From assembly GCA_041178085.1 (NCBI GenBank), contig JBEGVZ010000065.1, forward strand, positions 1-35,872: a stretch of 35,872 bases of DNA. The letters run 5' to 3'. The DNA is from Pseudomonadota bacterium (GTDB taxonomy: Bacteria; Bdellovibrionota_B; Oligoflexia; Oligoflexales; RGVZ01). Under the pieces are notes generated by a model that ran no database searches, was not told where the DNA came from, and was given only the letters and a program-made list of their open reading frames with translations. The translations under genes and the position numbers were made by a program. Shown here one piece after another: positions 9,089 through 18,632 of this stretch (position 1 is its first letter; every line of letters starts with the position of its first letter).

Positions 9089-10206
9089 CCCGCCCACTTC
9101 TCAACACATTGGTGGCGGCCTCTTCGGTGGAGCTCCGCAGTCTGGTGAAGGATGCCCTTCATGCAGGTTGGGGAACTGGCACCCCGAAAATGGCCGCCAA
9201 TGGCCAGTTGGCCCTGCAGATGCTGACCCACGGCAGCGTCGACGTACTGATCACACAGGACATCCTGCCAGACATGGCCGAGAATGAGCTGGTTGAGCAG
9301 GTAATCAACCGGGGATTCAACGCCCATATCGTCGTCCTGGCTACGAACCCTATGGCGGCAGCCAAGACGGCGAAAAACTTCCTGAAGCTTGGTCGCGTGC
9401 ATTTTCTGGAGACACCATCAGAACCCGGATTGAAGAGATTCACTTCTGAGATCAGAAATATCTTGGAAAAAATCTCGAAATCTTCGCCACAGAAAGTGGC
9501 CCAAGCCGAGAAAGTGTTAACGACCTCAAACCATGAAAAGGTAGCCCCACAACGGATCGACCAACAACCTGGAAGCGAACCTGAACGAGCTCACGGAGGC
9601 AGATTTCCAAAGGTAGCCATTGAGACGTTACGCCCGAAGGTCATCTGCATTGGATCCTCAACGGGAGGGCCTGCCGCGCTGGAACTGGTCGTCGGGAAAC
9701 TTGCCGGCAAATCGCGAGTTCCGATCCTTGTCGTTCAGCATATGCCTGCAGGCTTCACGGAGTCGCTGGCTGCGCGGCTGCAAGTTGTCAGCGGCGTGCC
9801 TGCCGCCGAAGCAAAGCCCGGCGAGGAACTCAAGCCGGGAAGAATCTACATTGCCCCCGGAGACTTTCACATGCGGCTTGTGGAGGACGCTGGTGGCATC
9901 ATGATTGCGCTCGACCGGGGACCGAAACGCAATTCGGTCCGGCCATGCGTAGACATCCTGTTTGAGACGGCGGCTGCCATTTTTGGACGGGCCACGCTGG
10001 GAATGATCCTCACCGGGATGGGCGAGGACGGAGCCATGGGCTCCCTCGCAGTCAAGAAGGCCGGCGGCGCTATCGTCATCCAGGACCAGGACTCATCCGT
10101 GGTCTGGGGCATGCCGGGCGCGGTTTACCATGCTGGCTGGTTTGATGCCATGGGCAACCTGGAAAAGTGCGCGGAAATCCTGGGCTCTATGAGTCACAAG
10201 ACCTGA
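9085..10206 (+). CDS. cheB: chemotaxis methylesterase CheB with degenerate receiver domain
   Basis: Catalytic motifs GSSTGG, QHMP, TGMGEDG, WGMPG. The TTG start overlaps the MCP stop. Confidence 0.92.
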   Translation: MTRPLLNTLVAASSVELRSLVKDALHAGWGTGTPKMAANGQLALQMLTHGSVDVLITQDILPDMAENELVEQVINRGFNAHIVVLATNPMAAAKTAKNFLKLGRVHFLETPSEPGLKRFTSEIRNILEKISKSSPQKVAQAEKVLTTSNHEKVAPQRIDQQPGSEPERAHGGRFPKVAIETLRPKVICIGSSTGGPAALELVVGKLAGKSRVPILVVQHMPAGFTESLAARLQVVSGVPAAEAKPGEELKPGRIYIAPGDFHMRLVEDAGGIMIALDRGPKRNSVRPCVDILFETAAAIFGRATLGMILTGMGEDGAMGSLAVKKAGGAIVIQDQDSSVVWGMPGAVYHAGWFDAMGNLEKCAEILGSMSHKT

Positions 10207-10228
10207 AGCAAGGGGGTATGAAAGTTCC

Positions 10229-11065
10229 ATGTCGCTGACCAAGGAAATGCTCGAATACGTTGCCGGGATGATCGAAAAAAGTCTCGGGATCCAGTATGCG
10301 AGGGAAAATCATTACCAGCTGGAAAAGCGGATGAGCGAAGTTGCTGCAACGATGGGCCTGCGCAGCGGCGAGGAACTGTTTCAGATTCTCCGCGAAGGGA
10401 AGAATCACCAGGCTTTGCATGCACTTTTCGATGCAGCAACCAACAATGAAACGTCATTCTTTCGAGACCCCGGGATGTTCGAGGCCTTTGCCAACGAACT
10501 GCTTGCGAATCCTGAATTTGCTGGCAACAAACAGGACTACGTCAGGATCTGGAGCGCCGCATCGAGCACGGGCCAAGAGGCTTACAGCCTGGCCATTCTT
10601 CTGCGGACCTGGCAGCTTCAGAAACCCAATCGCAACTATGAAATCCTGGTGACAGATTATTCTGAGCGCGTGCTTGCCCAAGCGAAGGCAGGGAAATACA
10701 CTGAACTTGAAGTTCACAGGGGTCTCACTGAGGCCCAGTTGAAGCAGCATTTTGATCAGGATAAGGCCACCAACAATGGATGGCAGGTCCGTCCAGAGCT
10801 GAAGCGCGGCATGAATTTCCGGCAACTCAACCTGCTTGAAGACTGGACCGGCCTTGGTGCATTTCATGTCATTTTCTGCCGCAACGTCCTGATTTACCAG
10901 AGCGTTGAGAACAAGCGGAAAATCATCTCCAGACTCTACAATTCTATCCACCCGGGTGGATATCTTGTCCTTGGCGCGGCAGAAACCTTGATCGGTCTTT
11001 CCGAGAACTTTGAAATCCGTCGCCTGGGACGGGCTGTGTTCTACCAGAAAGTGGTCAAATCCTGA
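10229..11065 (+). CDS. cheR: chemotaxis methyltransferase CheR
   Basis: TNNETSFFRD, RIWSAASSTGQEAYS, IFCRNVLIY, GGYLVLGAAE. Confidence 0.95.
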   Translation: MSLTKEMLEYVAGMIEKSLGIQYARENHYQLEKRMSEVAATMGLRSGEELFQILREGKNHQALHALFDAATNNETSFFRDPGMFEAFANELLANPEFAGNKQDYVRIWSAASSTGQEAYSLAILLRTWQLQKPNRNYEILVTDYSERVLAQAKAGKYTELEVHRGLTEAQLKQHFDQDKATNNGWQVRPELKRGMNFRQLNLLEDWTGLGAFHVIFCRNVLIYQSVENKRKIISRLYNSIHPGGYLVLGAAETLIGLSENFEIRRLGRAVFYQKVVKS

Positions 11066-11106
11066 AAGATGTCGTAAGGATCGGGAGACGCACTGGAGAG
11101 TTCCCG

Positions 11107-12612
11107 ATGACTTTGACCCTGGTCATCCTGGCCCTGGCAAGGATGATTCTCGCTGCATGCATCCCCCTTGGAAACGACGAAGTCTATTACTGGGACTGGG
11201 GGCGTGCCCCAAGACTATCTTACTTCGACCATCCTCCCGGGGTCTCCTGGCTGTCCGCAGCCGCCAACACCATCTTCAACCCCGAAGTCATTCCGTGGGC
11301 AGGAGCCTTGCAAGCAAGAGGTATCGTGCCAGCCGTTCACCTTGCTGCATCGCTCATCCTGTTCCGGGTGTACGTCATGCTCGGCGAAGGCCGGCGCAAC
11401 AAATCCAGTGACTTGTCTTTCCTTGCGCTGACCCAGCTGACACCTGCATTTGGCCTCGGCGGATTCTTCCTGCTTCCGGATGCAGGATTAATCCTGTTTT
11501 CTACAGCAGGAATATGGTTCTCGCTGAAGCTGGCAAAGGAAAAGAGGGAACCAACCATACCGGACGCGATCCTGGCCGGCGCGATCGCTGGCGCAGCCGG
11601 ACTGTTCAAGTATCATGCGGCTCCGGTTTTCGCGGGTATGTACCTGGCACTGGCTGTGATCGTTTGGCCACGTTTCAGCTCAAACATCCGGGCGCTGATT
11701 TTCACAGCAATCGTCATCATCACAGGTTTTTTAGCAACCTTGCCCGTCTGGGTGTGGAATGCCAACAACAGTTGGATTTCCCTGTTGTTCCAGTCAGGAC
11801 GGGGCTTCAGCGACGCGCAGCTGGACTTGCCCCGCGCCCTGCGCACTGTGGTGGGGGAAATGCTACTGCTGTCGCCCGGTTTTTTTGCCGCTCTTGTCCT
11901 TGCGATCCCTGATCTTTTGCGTCATCGGACCAGAAAAAGTTGCCGCGTGGTGCTATGGAGCACGATACCTCTCCTTGGAATCCTCCACCTGACCGCGACA
12001 TACAAGGAAGTACTCCCCCACTGGAGCATGCCAGCAATATGGCTGCTGATTCCCCATGCTGCACTGCTGTGCGGAACCAGATGGTCAAGACGCAAGGTCT
12101 TGGCCAATGTGGCGATCGCAGCAGCAACCAGCACCGCGCTCATCACGATCACTGCAGTGCCGCCCATCCGGAAAGCCGCCATAGCGGGAATGAAGGGGCA
12201 TCCAGGCCCCCTTGGCGAATTGACCTTCTGGCCAGACTTCGTTGCGGAAGGCCACGTTCAAACACTTGAACTTGATGGCACCCGCGACCTTGCCAGTCGC
12301 CACAACCTGCCCGCCAATTGCGGCGATGGACCCGTCTGGGCTTCCTTCCGGTGGTACACGACCGCGCACATGGCCTGGTCATTTCCTGGCCAACCTCACG
12401 TCTTATCCTTTGAGGACCGGACCCGTTACTACTATGCTGACCGCGATCGCATGCTCGCGATGAGTGGTTGCCCGGTGATTGCGATTTCCGAGTCAGGCCA
12501 TGCACACCGGGAAGTTGCGGACCAATGGATGACGATTGCCGCCGAAGGTGACATCGAACTTGCGAACTACCAGGACCGCAAGTTGAAGTGGTTCGCGGGT
12601 TACTTGCGCTGA
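11107..12612 (+). CDS. ArnT/PMT-like (GT-C fold) polytopic glycosyltransferase
   Basis: DEVYYWDW...SYFDHPP luminal-loop motif, LFKY motif, many TM helices, soluble C-terminal domain. Confidence 0.85.
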   Translation: MTLTLVILALARMILAACIPLGNDEVYYWDWGRAPRLSYFDHPPGVSWLSAAANTIFNPEVIPWAGALQARGIVPAVHLAASLILFRVYVMLGEGRRNKSSDLSFLALTQLTPAFGLGGFFLLPDAGLILFSTAGIWFSLKLAKEKREPTIPDAILAGAIAGAAGLFKYHAAPVFAGMYLALAVIVWPRFSSNIRALIFTAIVIITGFLATLPVWVWNANNSWISLLFQSGRGFSDAQLDLPRALRTVVGEMLLLSPGFFAALVLAIPDLLRHRTRKSCRVVLWSTIPLLGILHLTATYKEVLPHWSMPAIWLLIPHAALLCGTRWSRRKVLANVAIAAATSTALITITAVPPIRKAAIAGMKGHPGPLGELTFWPDFVAEGHVQTLELDGTRDLASRHNLPANCGDGPVWASFRWYTTAHMAWSFPGQPHVLSFEDRTRYYYADRDRMLAMSGCPVIAISESGHAHREVADQWMTIAAEGDIELANYQDRKLKWFAGYLR

Positions 12613-12619
12613 GGAATCC

Positions 12620-14089
12620 GTGATCACAACCTTGAAAAACATGTCGCCCATGTTTGCCCGGCTGGCCGGGATCTTTCTGCTGGCATGGCTTTCCTGGAAA
12701 ACCGTGCATTATATTTTTCTTTCTCACCGGCCCCCACGGGAATCCCGGCAAACGTACCGGCCTGATGCGGCTGAAATCCTGGTAAAGCGGCTCGACTGGC
12801 GAGAGGCCCTTAACGCCAAGAGCGGCACAACCCTTCCATGGTTTGACTCCCGATTGCCACCGGTAAACCAGCCCGCGTCGTTCCCTTATGAAGTGTCCCC
12901 CCTTGGAGGGAGTTGGTTCCAGTCGCCAGAAAAAGCCCCCTGGCGCGATGGCGATTTACTCCGGCTTGCCGACAAAAAGCGATTTTCCATTTCCGCACCG
13001 GGACTGCCGCGATCAATTGCCTGGATGGGGACACTTCACTCGCATACCGGATGGTCTGACGGTGAAAAAAACCCGCACGATGCCTACATCCATGCCCGGG
13101 AAGATGCGCAACTTGATTTCTTCGCCGTCACGGATCATCCGGAATACTGGCTGTTCAATCCAGAGAGGAATTTCAGCGCATTAAGGGATATTGCCGCAAT
13201 GCACGGGACCCAAAATTTCACTGCGCTTGCTGGCTTCGAATACAGTCATCCGGTCTTTGGCCATTACGTCGTCATTGGTAGCGAAGATGTGTGTTCTGCA
13301 GTCAAGTGCCCGACTGTCGCTGATTTTTACCAGTGGCTGAAGCTGCCGCGCAATGCAGGAGCGCTTTTTGCCTTTGCCCATCCTCTGCAGCAAAAAGACA
13401 ATGCCAGCCGCTACGAGTTCCTGCACATGAAGCATGACCCAGAACTCACGGAGAAAATGTTCGGCGTGGAAGTCATTCACTGGGATGGACATGACCGCTA
13501 TCTGTTTGGCTTTGGCGGTGACCAACCCTTCATCGATGAAGCCCTGAAATTAGGGTGGCAACCTGGGTCACTGGCATCGCAGGACAATCATCGCGCAAAC
13601 TGGGGGCAGTCAGCAAACCGTGTCGCCGTGCTGTCCGCAGAAAACAACCGCACTGCCATGTTCGATGCACTTCGTCGCAGGCGATTTTACGCGACCTCAA
13701 GCCCCACCTTGCAACTCTACCTTGACGTGAAGGCCGCTGGCTCAGATGACTGGCAACCAATGGGTGGTCACTTGGCATGCAGAAATGGCACATGCAGACA
13801 CTTGGACGTAAGGCTCCGGATGTTTGAATCGGACCGATTCATGGTCCCCCGCCGGATCGACATTGTCTTGGGCGGCCAGATCATTGCCAGAAAGGACTTT
13901 ACCACCTTGCCCCATGAGCTCGCCTCCGCCGGGACAGACCCCACCTATTACGCAGGCGAACTCTCGACAAGGATCCCGCTGGATCAAGCCATGCGTCCAA
14001 ACTCGACGTGGCTTTATGCGCGTGTCTACCTGGGTAGCAGCATGGACCGCATGGCACAGACATCCCCCTTGATCATTTCCCGGCCTTGA
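12620..14089 (+). CDS. PHP-domain (CehA/McbA-like) metallohydrolase with N-terminal membrane anchor
   Basis: HSHTGWSDG, AVTDH, GFEY..GH, AHP and QDNH PHP motifs; hydrophobic N-terminal helix; GTG start after GAGGA. Confidence 0.8.
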   Translation: MITTLKNMSPMFARLAGIFLLAWLSWKTVHYIFLSHRPPRESRQTYRPDAAEILVKRLDWREALNAKSGTTLPWFDSRLPPVNQPASFPYEVSPLGGSWFQSPEKAPWRDGDLLRLADKKRFSISAPGLPRSIAWMGTLHSHTGWSDGEKNPHDAYIHAREDAQLDFFAVTDHPEYWLFNPERNFSALRDIAAMHGTQNFTALAGFEYSHPVFGHYVVIGSEDVCSAVKCPTVADFYQWLKLPRNAGALFAFAHPLQQKDNASRYEFLHMKHDPELTEKMFGVEVIHWDGHDRYLFGFGGDQPFIDEALKLGWQPGSLASQDNHRANWGQSANRVAVLSAENNRTAMFDALRRRRFYATSSPTLQLYLDVKAAGSDDWQPMGGHLACRNGTCRHLDVRLRMFESDRFMVPRRIDIVLGGQIIARKDFTTLPHELASAGTDPTYYAGELSTRIPLDQAMRPNSTWLYARVYLGSSMDRMAQTSPLIISRP

Positions 14090-14621
14090 GCAGGTTCTCC
14101 ATGTTTTCAAGACCAGCTAAAAAATCCCGCCGGATCTTCGCGTCGAGCTTCAAGAAATACCAAAACGGTTTTTCGAGCGGCTTACGCCTGCCAGACAGTT
14201 GCCACGTCAACTTGACCAGGTGATCATCCACCAGATCCTGTTCGATCTCAAAGACCATGTCGTAGCGCCCGCCGTAATCCTGAACGGCAACCGCATAAGA
14301 AACCTCCTTGTTTGGCACCGCGCTCCTCCATTGAACGGTGACATTGCCCCGTCGCTTGCTGTTCCAGGCAACAATGGAACCAAGTCCAGTCGCCGGACCA
14401 TCAAAAAACATCTTCAAGGTTGGGTCCGCCTTGCTCCACGGCTCCCATTCCGAAAAGCGGGCGCTCATGTTCAGCAAATCAAACACCTTTGACGGACTGG
14501 CCTCAACATTGCGGGATACCGCGATCTTGAATTCAGTCGGAATGTTGACGGACTGGTACACCGAATACAAAACAAACAAAGACACGCAAAATGCCACGGT
14601 ATTAAACAGGGTCTTCAGCAT
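14073..14621 (-). CDS. SRPBCC (START/Bet v1-like) family protein
   Basis: N-terminal TM then VSRNVEASPSKVFDLL...FSEWEPW...G.G.GSIVAW...DFLAGLENM. ATG at 14621 with GGGAG upstream. Confidence 0.85.
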   Translation of the reverse strand: MLKTLFNTVAFCVSLFVLYSVYQSVNIPTEFKIAVSRNVEASPSKVFDLLNMSARFSEWEPWSKADPTLKMFFDGPATGLGSIVAWNSKRRGNVTVQWRSAVPNKEVSYAVAVQDYGGRYDMVFEIEQDLVDDHLVKLTWQLSGRRKPLEKPFWYFLKLDAKIRRDFLAGLENMENLLKAGK

Positions 14622-14644
14622 TCCTGGACTCCCAATCAAGTTAC

Positions 14645-14672
14645 TTGCACGGCCGTCTCGCGATGCTATGCT
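14645..14672 (+). promoter_or_regulatory. putative sigma70 promoter for the M64 peptidase
   Basis: TTGCAC-N16-TATGCT with an extended -10 TG. Confidence 0.4.
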
Positions 14673-14717
14673 GACGCAAGGTACATGACTCGCTGACACA
14701 GACCACGGAGGCAAACT

Positions 14718-16535
14718 GTGCTGCCTATCTTCCGCATCACCTTGACCGGCATTTCACTGCATCTTATCACGGCCGGGGCTTCCTCATCAGCAATCGCCAG
14801 CGACTTGCAATCCACCGGCAGGTATCGCGTGCGCTATCTTGCGCCTGCGACGGCGGGAAATGCCAGTCGGATAACCGCCTTCTCTAAATCAGGTCCAGAA
14901 AGCACAGAGCAATCAGGCACCCGGTCACTCAAAACGACGCCGGCCTTTGATCAAGAAGTCTCCATCCCTGCCTTGTGGCCTGAAGCCGGCGAAGGCAGGG
15001 CCGGTGGACCGGTATTAACAGAGTTCTCTGCCAGTAACTTCGAAGCCATTGTCGAACACATGGCAAAACGGGGTGTGTCGCGCAAGCAGCTGGAGGATTT
15101 CATCTCCCAAAGGGAGGCAGAGAGAAAATCCACCAGTGAGGACCAGGTTCGTACCCTTATTCAGAGCGGGCCCGCCGAGAACCGGATCGACCTCGTGTTC
15201 ATGGGAGACGGTTATACGCAGTCCGAAATGGATAAATTTCATGCTGATATAAACCGATTGGTCGATGATATGTTCCTTGGTTATACCTTCAAGTCATATC
15301 TGCCTGTCTTCAACGTTCACGCGGTATTCCGTGCATCCAATGAATCAGGGATTGGAAAAGGAAATCCCAGGGATACCGCTTACCGGCTGTACCGTGAAGG
15401 GGATACGTTGCGGGCAATTTTCCCCGGCGATACGGACGCATTAAGGGAGTCCTGCGCCGCTGCACCCGATTGTGACTATCCGGTCGTCATAGCCAACGAC
15501 CAGGACTACGGCGGCCTGGGTGGTGAATTTGCCATTTCAACCAGCTCCTTACAAAGTGGCACGGTGGTCTTGCGGCATGAACTTGGACACAACTTCGGTC
15601 GCGTCGGCGAAGAGTATGACGGCGGTGGCTACTTCGGCGCCAACCACTCAGAGGAAGTTGAAAACCTTTCCTGGCGACAATGGATCGACGAAGGGTACCG
15701 GCCGCGTGCTGAACCCGTCGTGGCACGTTTCCTGGCATGGCCATGGCACCAGTTTTCAAACGGCGATTTCAAAGCGCGCTTCCGCTCTGACGGCAAACAG
15801 GCACGGGCATCGATACGCATCAGTGCATCCGGCTTTGACCAGGCAGGATTGTTACGCATCGCGCTTGATGGAAAGATTCTCCCGTTCAAGGAACCTGGAT
15901 CAAGGGACCGTACTTTCATCGACATCGATCTGCCGGATGGATTTGCCGCCGGCGAACACGAACTCGTTTTCTCCAGCGCAGGCGATGACGGGACGCGTCA
16001 GTCCCATTGGCTTTCCTCACTGACCGTCCATGAATACGGTGAGGAATTTCCTGAAAACAGCCTTCTGATCAGCGCATTTCCCGTATTCGACAGCTTCCGG
16101 GCTGTTGCCGGGTTTCGTCCTACCAACGAGGCCTGTCTGATGCGCAACATGCAGCACACGCAATTCTGCAAAGTCTGCCAGGAAAATAACTGGCTAAAAT
16201 TCCTCGGCAGGATCGAATTGATTGACGAGGCTTCGTACCAACAAAACAAAGACGGCGTCCTGTCGGCAAATGTGAACACCCTGCCGCTCGGCCAGTTCAG
16301 GACCCTTGGAGAAGGCCCGGCTGGAGAGAAAATCGAAATCCGGTGGTACGCCGACGGCAAGGAACTCGAAATTTACCGCGACATGCGCAGCTGGCTGGCG
16401 AAGACACCAGTAAATGCCAGAAAGGTAGAGGTTGAAGTTGCCCTTGTTACGCCCGAAATAAGGCGCGACCAGTTGGGCCGTACCTCACAGCGGATCGAGG
16501 TTGCCCCCGCCAAGCACAATGCGACTGGTCAGTGA
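14718..16535 (+). CDS. secreted M64 family (IgA peptidase-like) metallopeptidase
   Basis: NRIDLVFMGDGYT, HELGHNFGRVGEEY zinc motif, C-terminal CLMR...FCKVC; signal-like N-terminus; GGAGG RBS. Confidence 0.88.
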   Translation: MLPIFRITLTGISLHLITAGASSSAIASDLQSTGRYRVRYLAPATAGNASRITAFSKSGPESTEQSGTRSLKTTPAFDQEVSIPALWPEAGEGRAGGPVLTEFSASNFEAIVEHMAKRGVSRKQLEDFISQREAERKSTSEDQVRTLIQSGPAENRIDLVFMGDGYTQSEMDKFHADINRLVDDMFLGYTFKSYLPVFNVHAVFRASNESGIGKGNPRDTAYRLYREGDTLRAIFPGDTDALRESCAAAPDCDYPVVIANDQDYGGLGGEFAISTSSLQSGTVVLRHELGHNFGRVGEEYDGGGYFGANHSEEVENLSWRQWIDEGYRPRAEPVVARFLAWPWHQFSNGDFKARFRSDGKQARASIRISASGFDQAGLLRIALDGKILPFKEPGSRDRTFIDIDLPDGFAAGEHELVFSSAGDDGTRQSHWLSSLTVHEYGEEFPENSLLISAFPVFDSFRAVAGFRPTNEACLMRNMQHTQFCKVCQENNWLKFLGRIELIDEASYQQNKDGVLSANVNTLPLGQFRTLGEGPAGEKIEIRWYADGKELEIYRDMRSWLAKTPVNARKVEVEVALVTPEIRRDQLGRTSQRIEVAPAKHNATGQ

Positions 16536-18092
16536 ACGTTGGTCCCTCCGGAGCAGAAAACCGCTGGCAAGCCTTACTTGCATGGACTCGCGATTGTCGA
16601 TCCGTGAAGCCCAGCGGGGATCTGCTTTTAATTCATTTCGCGCAATCGCGAGCTCCTGCAATGCGTGGCGGGATTGAATTTGCAGGGGCAACTTCAATTT
16701 AACGCAGTCTGCCGGACACTGCGCGAAACCTTCCCCACCAAGAACCAGTTCCGCGCCGGCGAGCTTGTTGATCGCAATCGCATTGAACCAGCGCTCCGCT
16801 GCACGTTTGACCTTGCGCAGAATGCTACGCTTCACCTTTTCCGGATCCACGCACTCTTCCACCTCAACAAAAGAACCATCCACACCTGCGGCAGTTTCCG
16901 GTTCCTCGATTTCACCAAAAGCCTGGAAAGGCATTTTTGATCGCGCAGCCGAAACACCAGCCTGCAGCCAGGCACGTGCAGCCCGCGAGTCTTCAACCGG
17001 TAAATCAAGGACCGCAAGGGCCCTTGACAGCCCTTCTTGAAAGACTTCCTGGGCGACAGGCCAACGAAACAGATATTCGGACGGCGACTGGGCCGCCAGA
17101 AAACGCAAATCAATAAACGCGTCCGGAGAGGTAAAAGGGCCGATGAGTCGCCCCGCCTCTTGTCGCAATGCAGAGACAGGCTCAAGCGTCGTCCGGTCCA
17201 ACCAGAACAATGGTCCATCTTCGCGGTTCATCATCAAATTATAGGGCGGAGTATTGGCTGTGATCGTCCGGAATTCGTCAATTGCCGCATGGAGAGGAGT
17301 GGGAGCCGTAGCGACTTCAAGCCGCTTGACTTGCGCCATCATCTCGCGTTTGCGCGGATCATTGCGAACGCCGCCGCGAAAGTAGCTGTTCACGCGGTCG
17401 TTGAGAGATGTCGCCTTGCCGACGTACAGCAAGCGGTCGGCGGCATCAAAGAACCGATAGGTGCCGGGCTGTGAAGGTAAACCTAAACGCTGGCTGCGCA
17501 ACGCTTCGCCAGGTCGCGCGGCGCGGGCGACTTCTGCATGATCGCGTAACCGCTCGAGGCCGTCCCAGATGATCCGGGTTGCCTCCAAGTGGGCGCCCGC
17601 GCGCTTGAGCGCATCGGGCGGAGCGCCAAAGAATCCGGCAACCGCCTTGAGCGAATAAGCACCAAGGTGCGGCAGGAGCTCTCGTGCAAGGTCCCGCGTA
17701 CAAATCAGTGGCACGGGTAAAGGTTCGCCCTCACAATAAAAGCGCCACAGGCGCTCCAGAAACGGACGTTCAAACGCAGCGAAATGGACAACAATCGCCT
17801 CCGGCTCGAACCCTTTTATCGCCAGGCGAAATTCCTGCGCGACTTCGGACTCGCCCATTCCCATGGCAAGTTCGGATGAACTGATTCCGCAAAGCTGCGA
17901 GACACGACGCAGGTCACGCCGCGCGAGTAGCTCACAGGGCCTGAGAATGGAGTTGAAAACCGATAACTGTCGGGAGGTTGCAGAGTCGCAGATGGACCAG
18001 GCGATTTCCACCAATACGTCATGCCCTTGAGTCCCAGGGGACTTCAGACCCTGACAATCAACAAACATGATGGATTTCCGTTGCGACTTCAT
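16485..18092 (-). CDS. DEDDh-like exonuclease domain fused to a UvrC/Cho-type GIY-YIG endonuclease
   Basis: N-terminal DnaQ-like fold (VDCQ..., VEIAW, VHFAAFERPFL, ICTRDLARELLP..YSL); then LPSQPGTYRF...LLYVGKATSLNDRVNSYF...E...PPYN. Start uncertain (18137, 18092 or 18068). Confidence 0.82.
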   Translation of the reverse strand: MKSQRKSIMFVDCQGLKSPGTQGHDVLVEIAWSICDSATSRQLSVFNSILRPCELLARRDLRRVSQLCGISSSELAMGMGESEVAQEFRLAIKGFEPEAIVVHFAAFERPFLERLWRFYCEGEPLPVPLICTRDLARELLPHLGAYSLKAVAGFFGAPPDALKRAGAHLEATRIIWDGLERLRDHAEVARAARPGEALRSQRLGLPSQPGTYRFFDAADRLLYVGKATSLNDRVNSYFRGGVRNDPRKREMMAQVKRLEVATAPTPLHAAIDEFRTITANTPPYNLMMNREDGPLFWLDRTTLEPVSALRQEAGRLIGPFTSPDAFIDLRFLAAQSPSEYLFRWPVAQEVFQEGLSRALAVLDLPVEDSRAARAWLQAGVSAARSKMPFQAFGEIEEPETAAGVDGSFVEVEECVDPEKVKRSILRKVKRAAERWFNAIAINKLAGAELVLGGEGFAQCPADCVKLKLPLQIQSRHALQELAIARNELKADPRWASRIDNRESMQVRLASGFLLRRDQRSLTSRIVLGGGNLDPL

Positions 18093-18152
18093 TACTGGCT
18101 TAATATCACAGACCCCGGTCGGATTCCTGCCCGACACAAGATGAGGGCGCCC

Positions 18153-18632
18153 ATGCTTATAAAATCAATAAAATCGGTAAGTTGCGCCTCATGTCTGGGA
18201 ATTGTTGCCTCCGCGAGCAGCGGGTTCGCAAACGATTCTGCCTGGTCCTGGGGGGCGCACGATCACTTTTGCGTCGGTTGGACAGGCCGTAACGAAATCA
18301 AGGTCCATATCCTGGACCGGCCTCGCGCTCCATTTCCAGGGGACCTAGACACGGCAGCAGACGAGTTGGATGATTGCATGCACCAAGCGGGCACCATCAT
18401 CGTCGAGAGCCTGGGCAGGGGAAAAAGACCCTCCGTACTCATCAATGCAGAACGTTTCTCTCTTTGTGGAGACCCACTTGAGATTCAGTTCAAAGGCGGA
18501 CGGCTTGCTATTGGCAGCCTGCCCCTTCCAGAGACCGCTGCAGTCGACCTGACCCTCTCGGGAGAGGCCGCGGAATACCTTGGCCGGACCATGGTTAAGG
18601 TTTATTGCCATCAGCTTCCGGTCGTTCCGTAA
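18153..18632 (+). CDS. hypothetical secreted protein
   Basis: ATG at 18153 after GAGGG; signal-like N-terminus ending SGFA; fills the gap between two minus-strand genes. Confidence 0.55.
   Translation: MLIKSIKSVSCASCLGIVASASSGFANDSAWSWGAHDHFCVGWTGRNEIKVHILDRPRAPFPGDLDTAADELDDCMHQAGTIIVESLGRGKRPSVLINAERFSLCGDPLEIQFKGGRLAIGSLPLPETAAVDLTLSGEAAEYLGRTMVKVYCHQLPVVP

Noticed and set aside
8239..9402. 387-aa minus-strand ORF
   Set aside because: Antisense shadow of the MCP signalling domain and cheB; Ser/Ala-rich with no motifs.
16485..16535. 51-nt convergent overlap of the M64 and nuclease genes (also 14073-14089 and 18595-18632)
   Set aside because: Short 3' overlaps of convergent genes are common in compact genomes; no sign of a frameshift.
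16485..18092. GIY-YIG gene as a homing endonuclease or mobile element
   Set aside because: It is the UvrC/Cho type, is not inside an intron or host gene, and has no flanking repeats, integrase or transposase.
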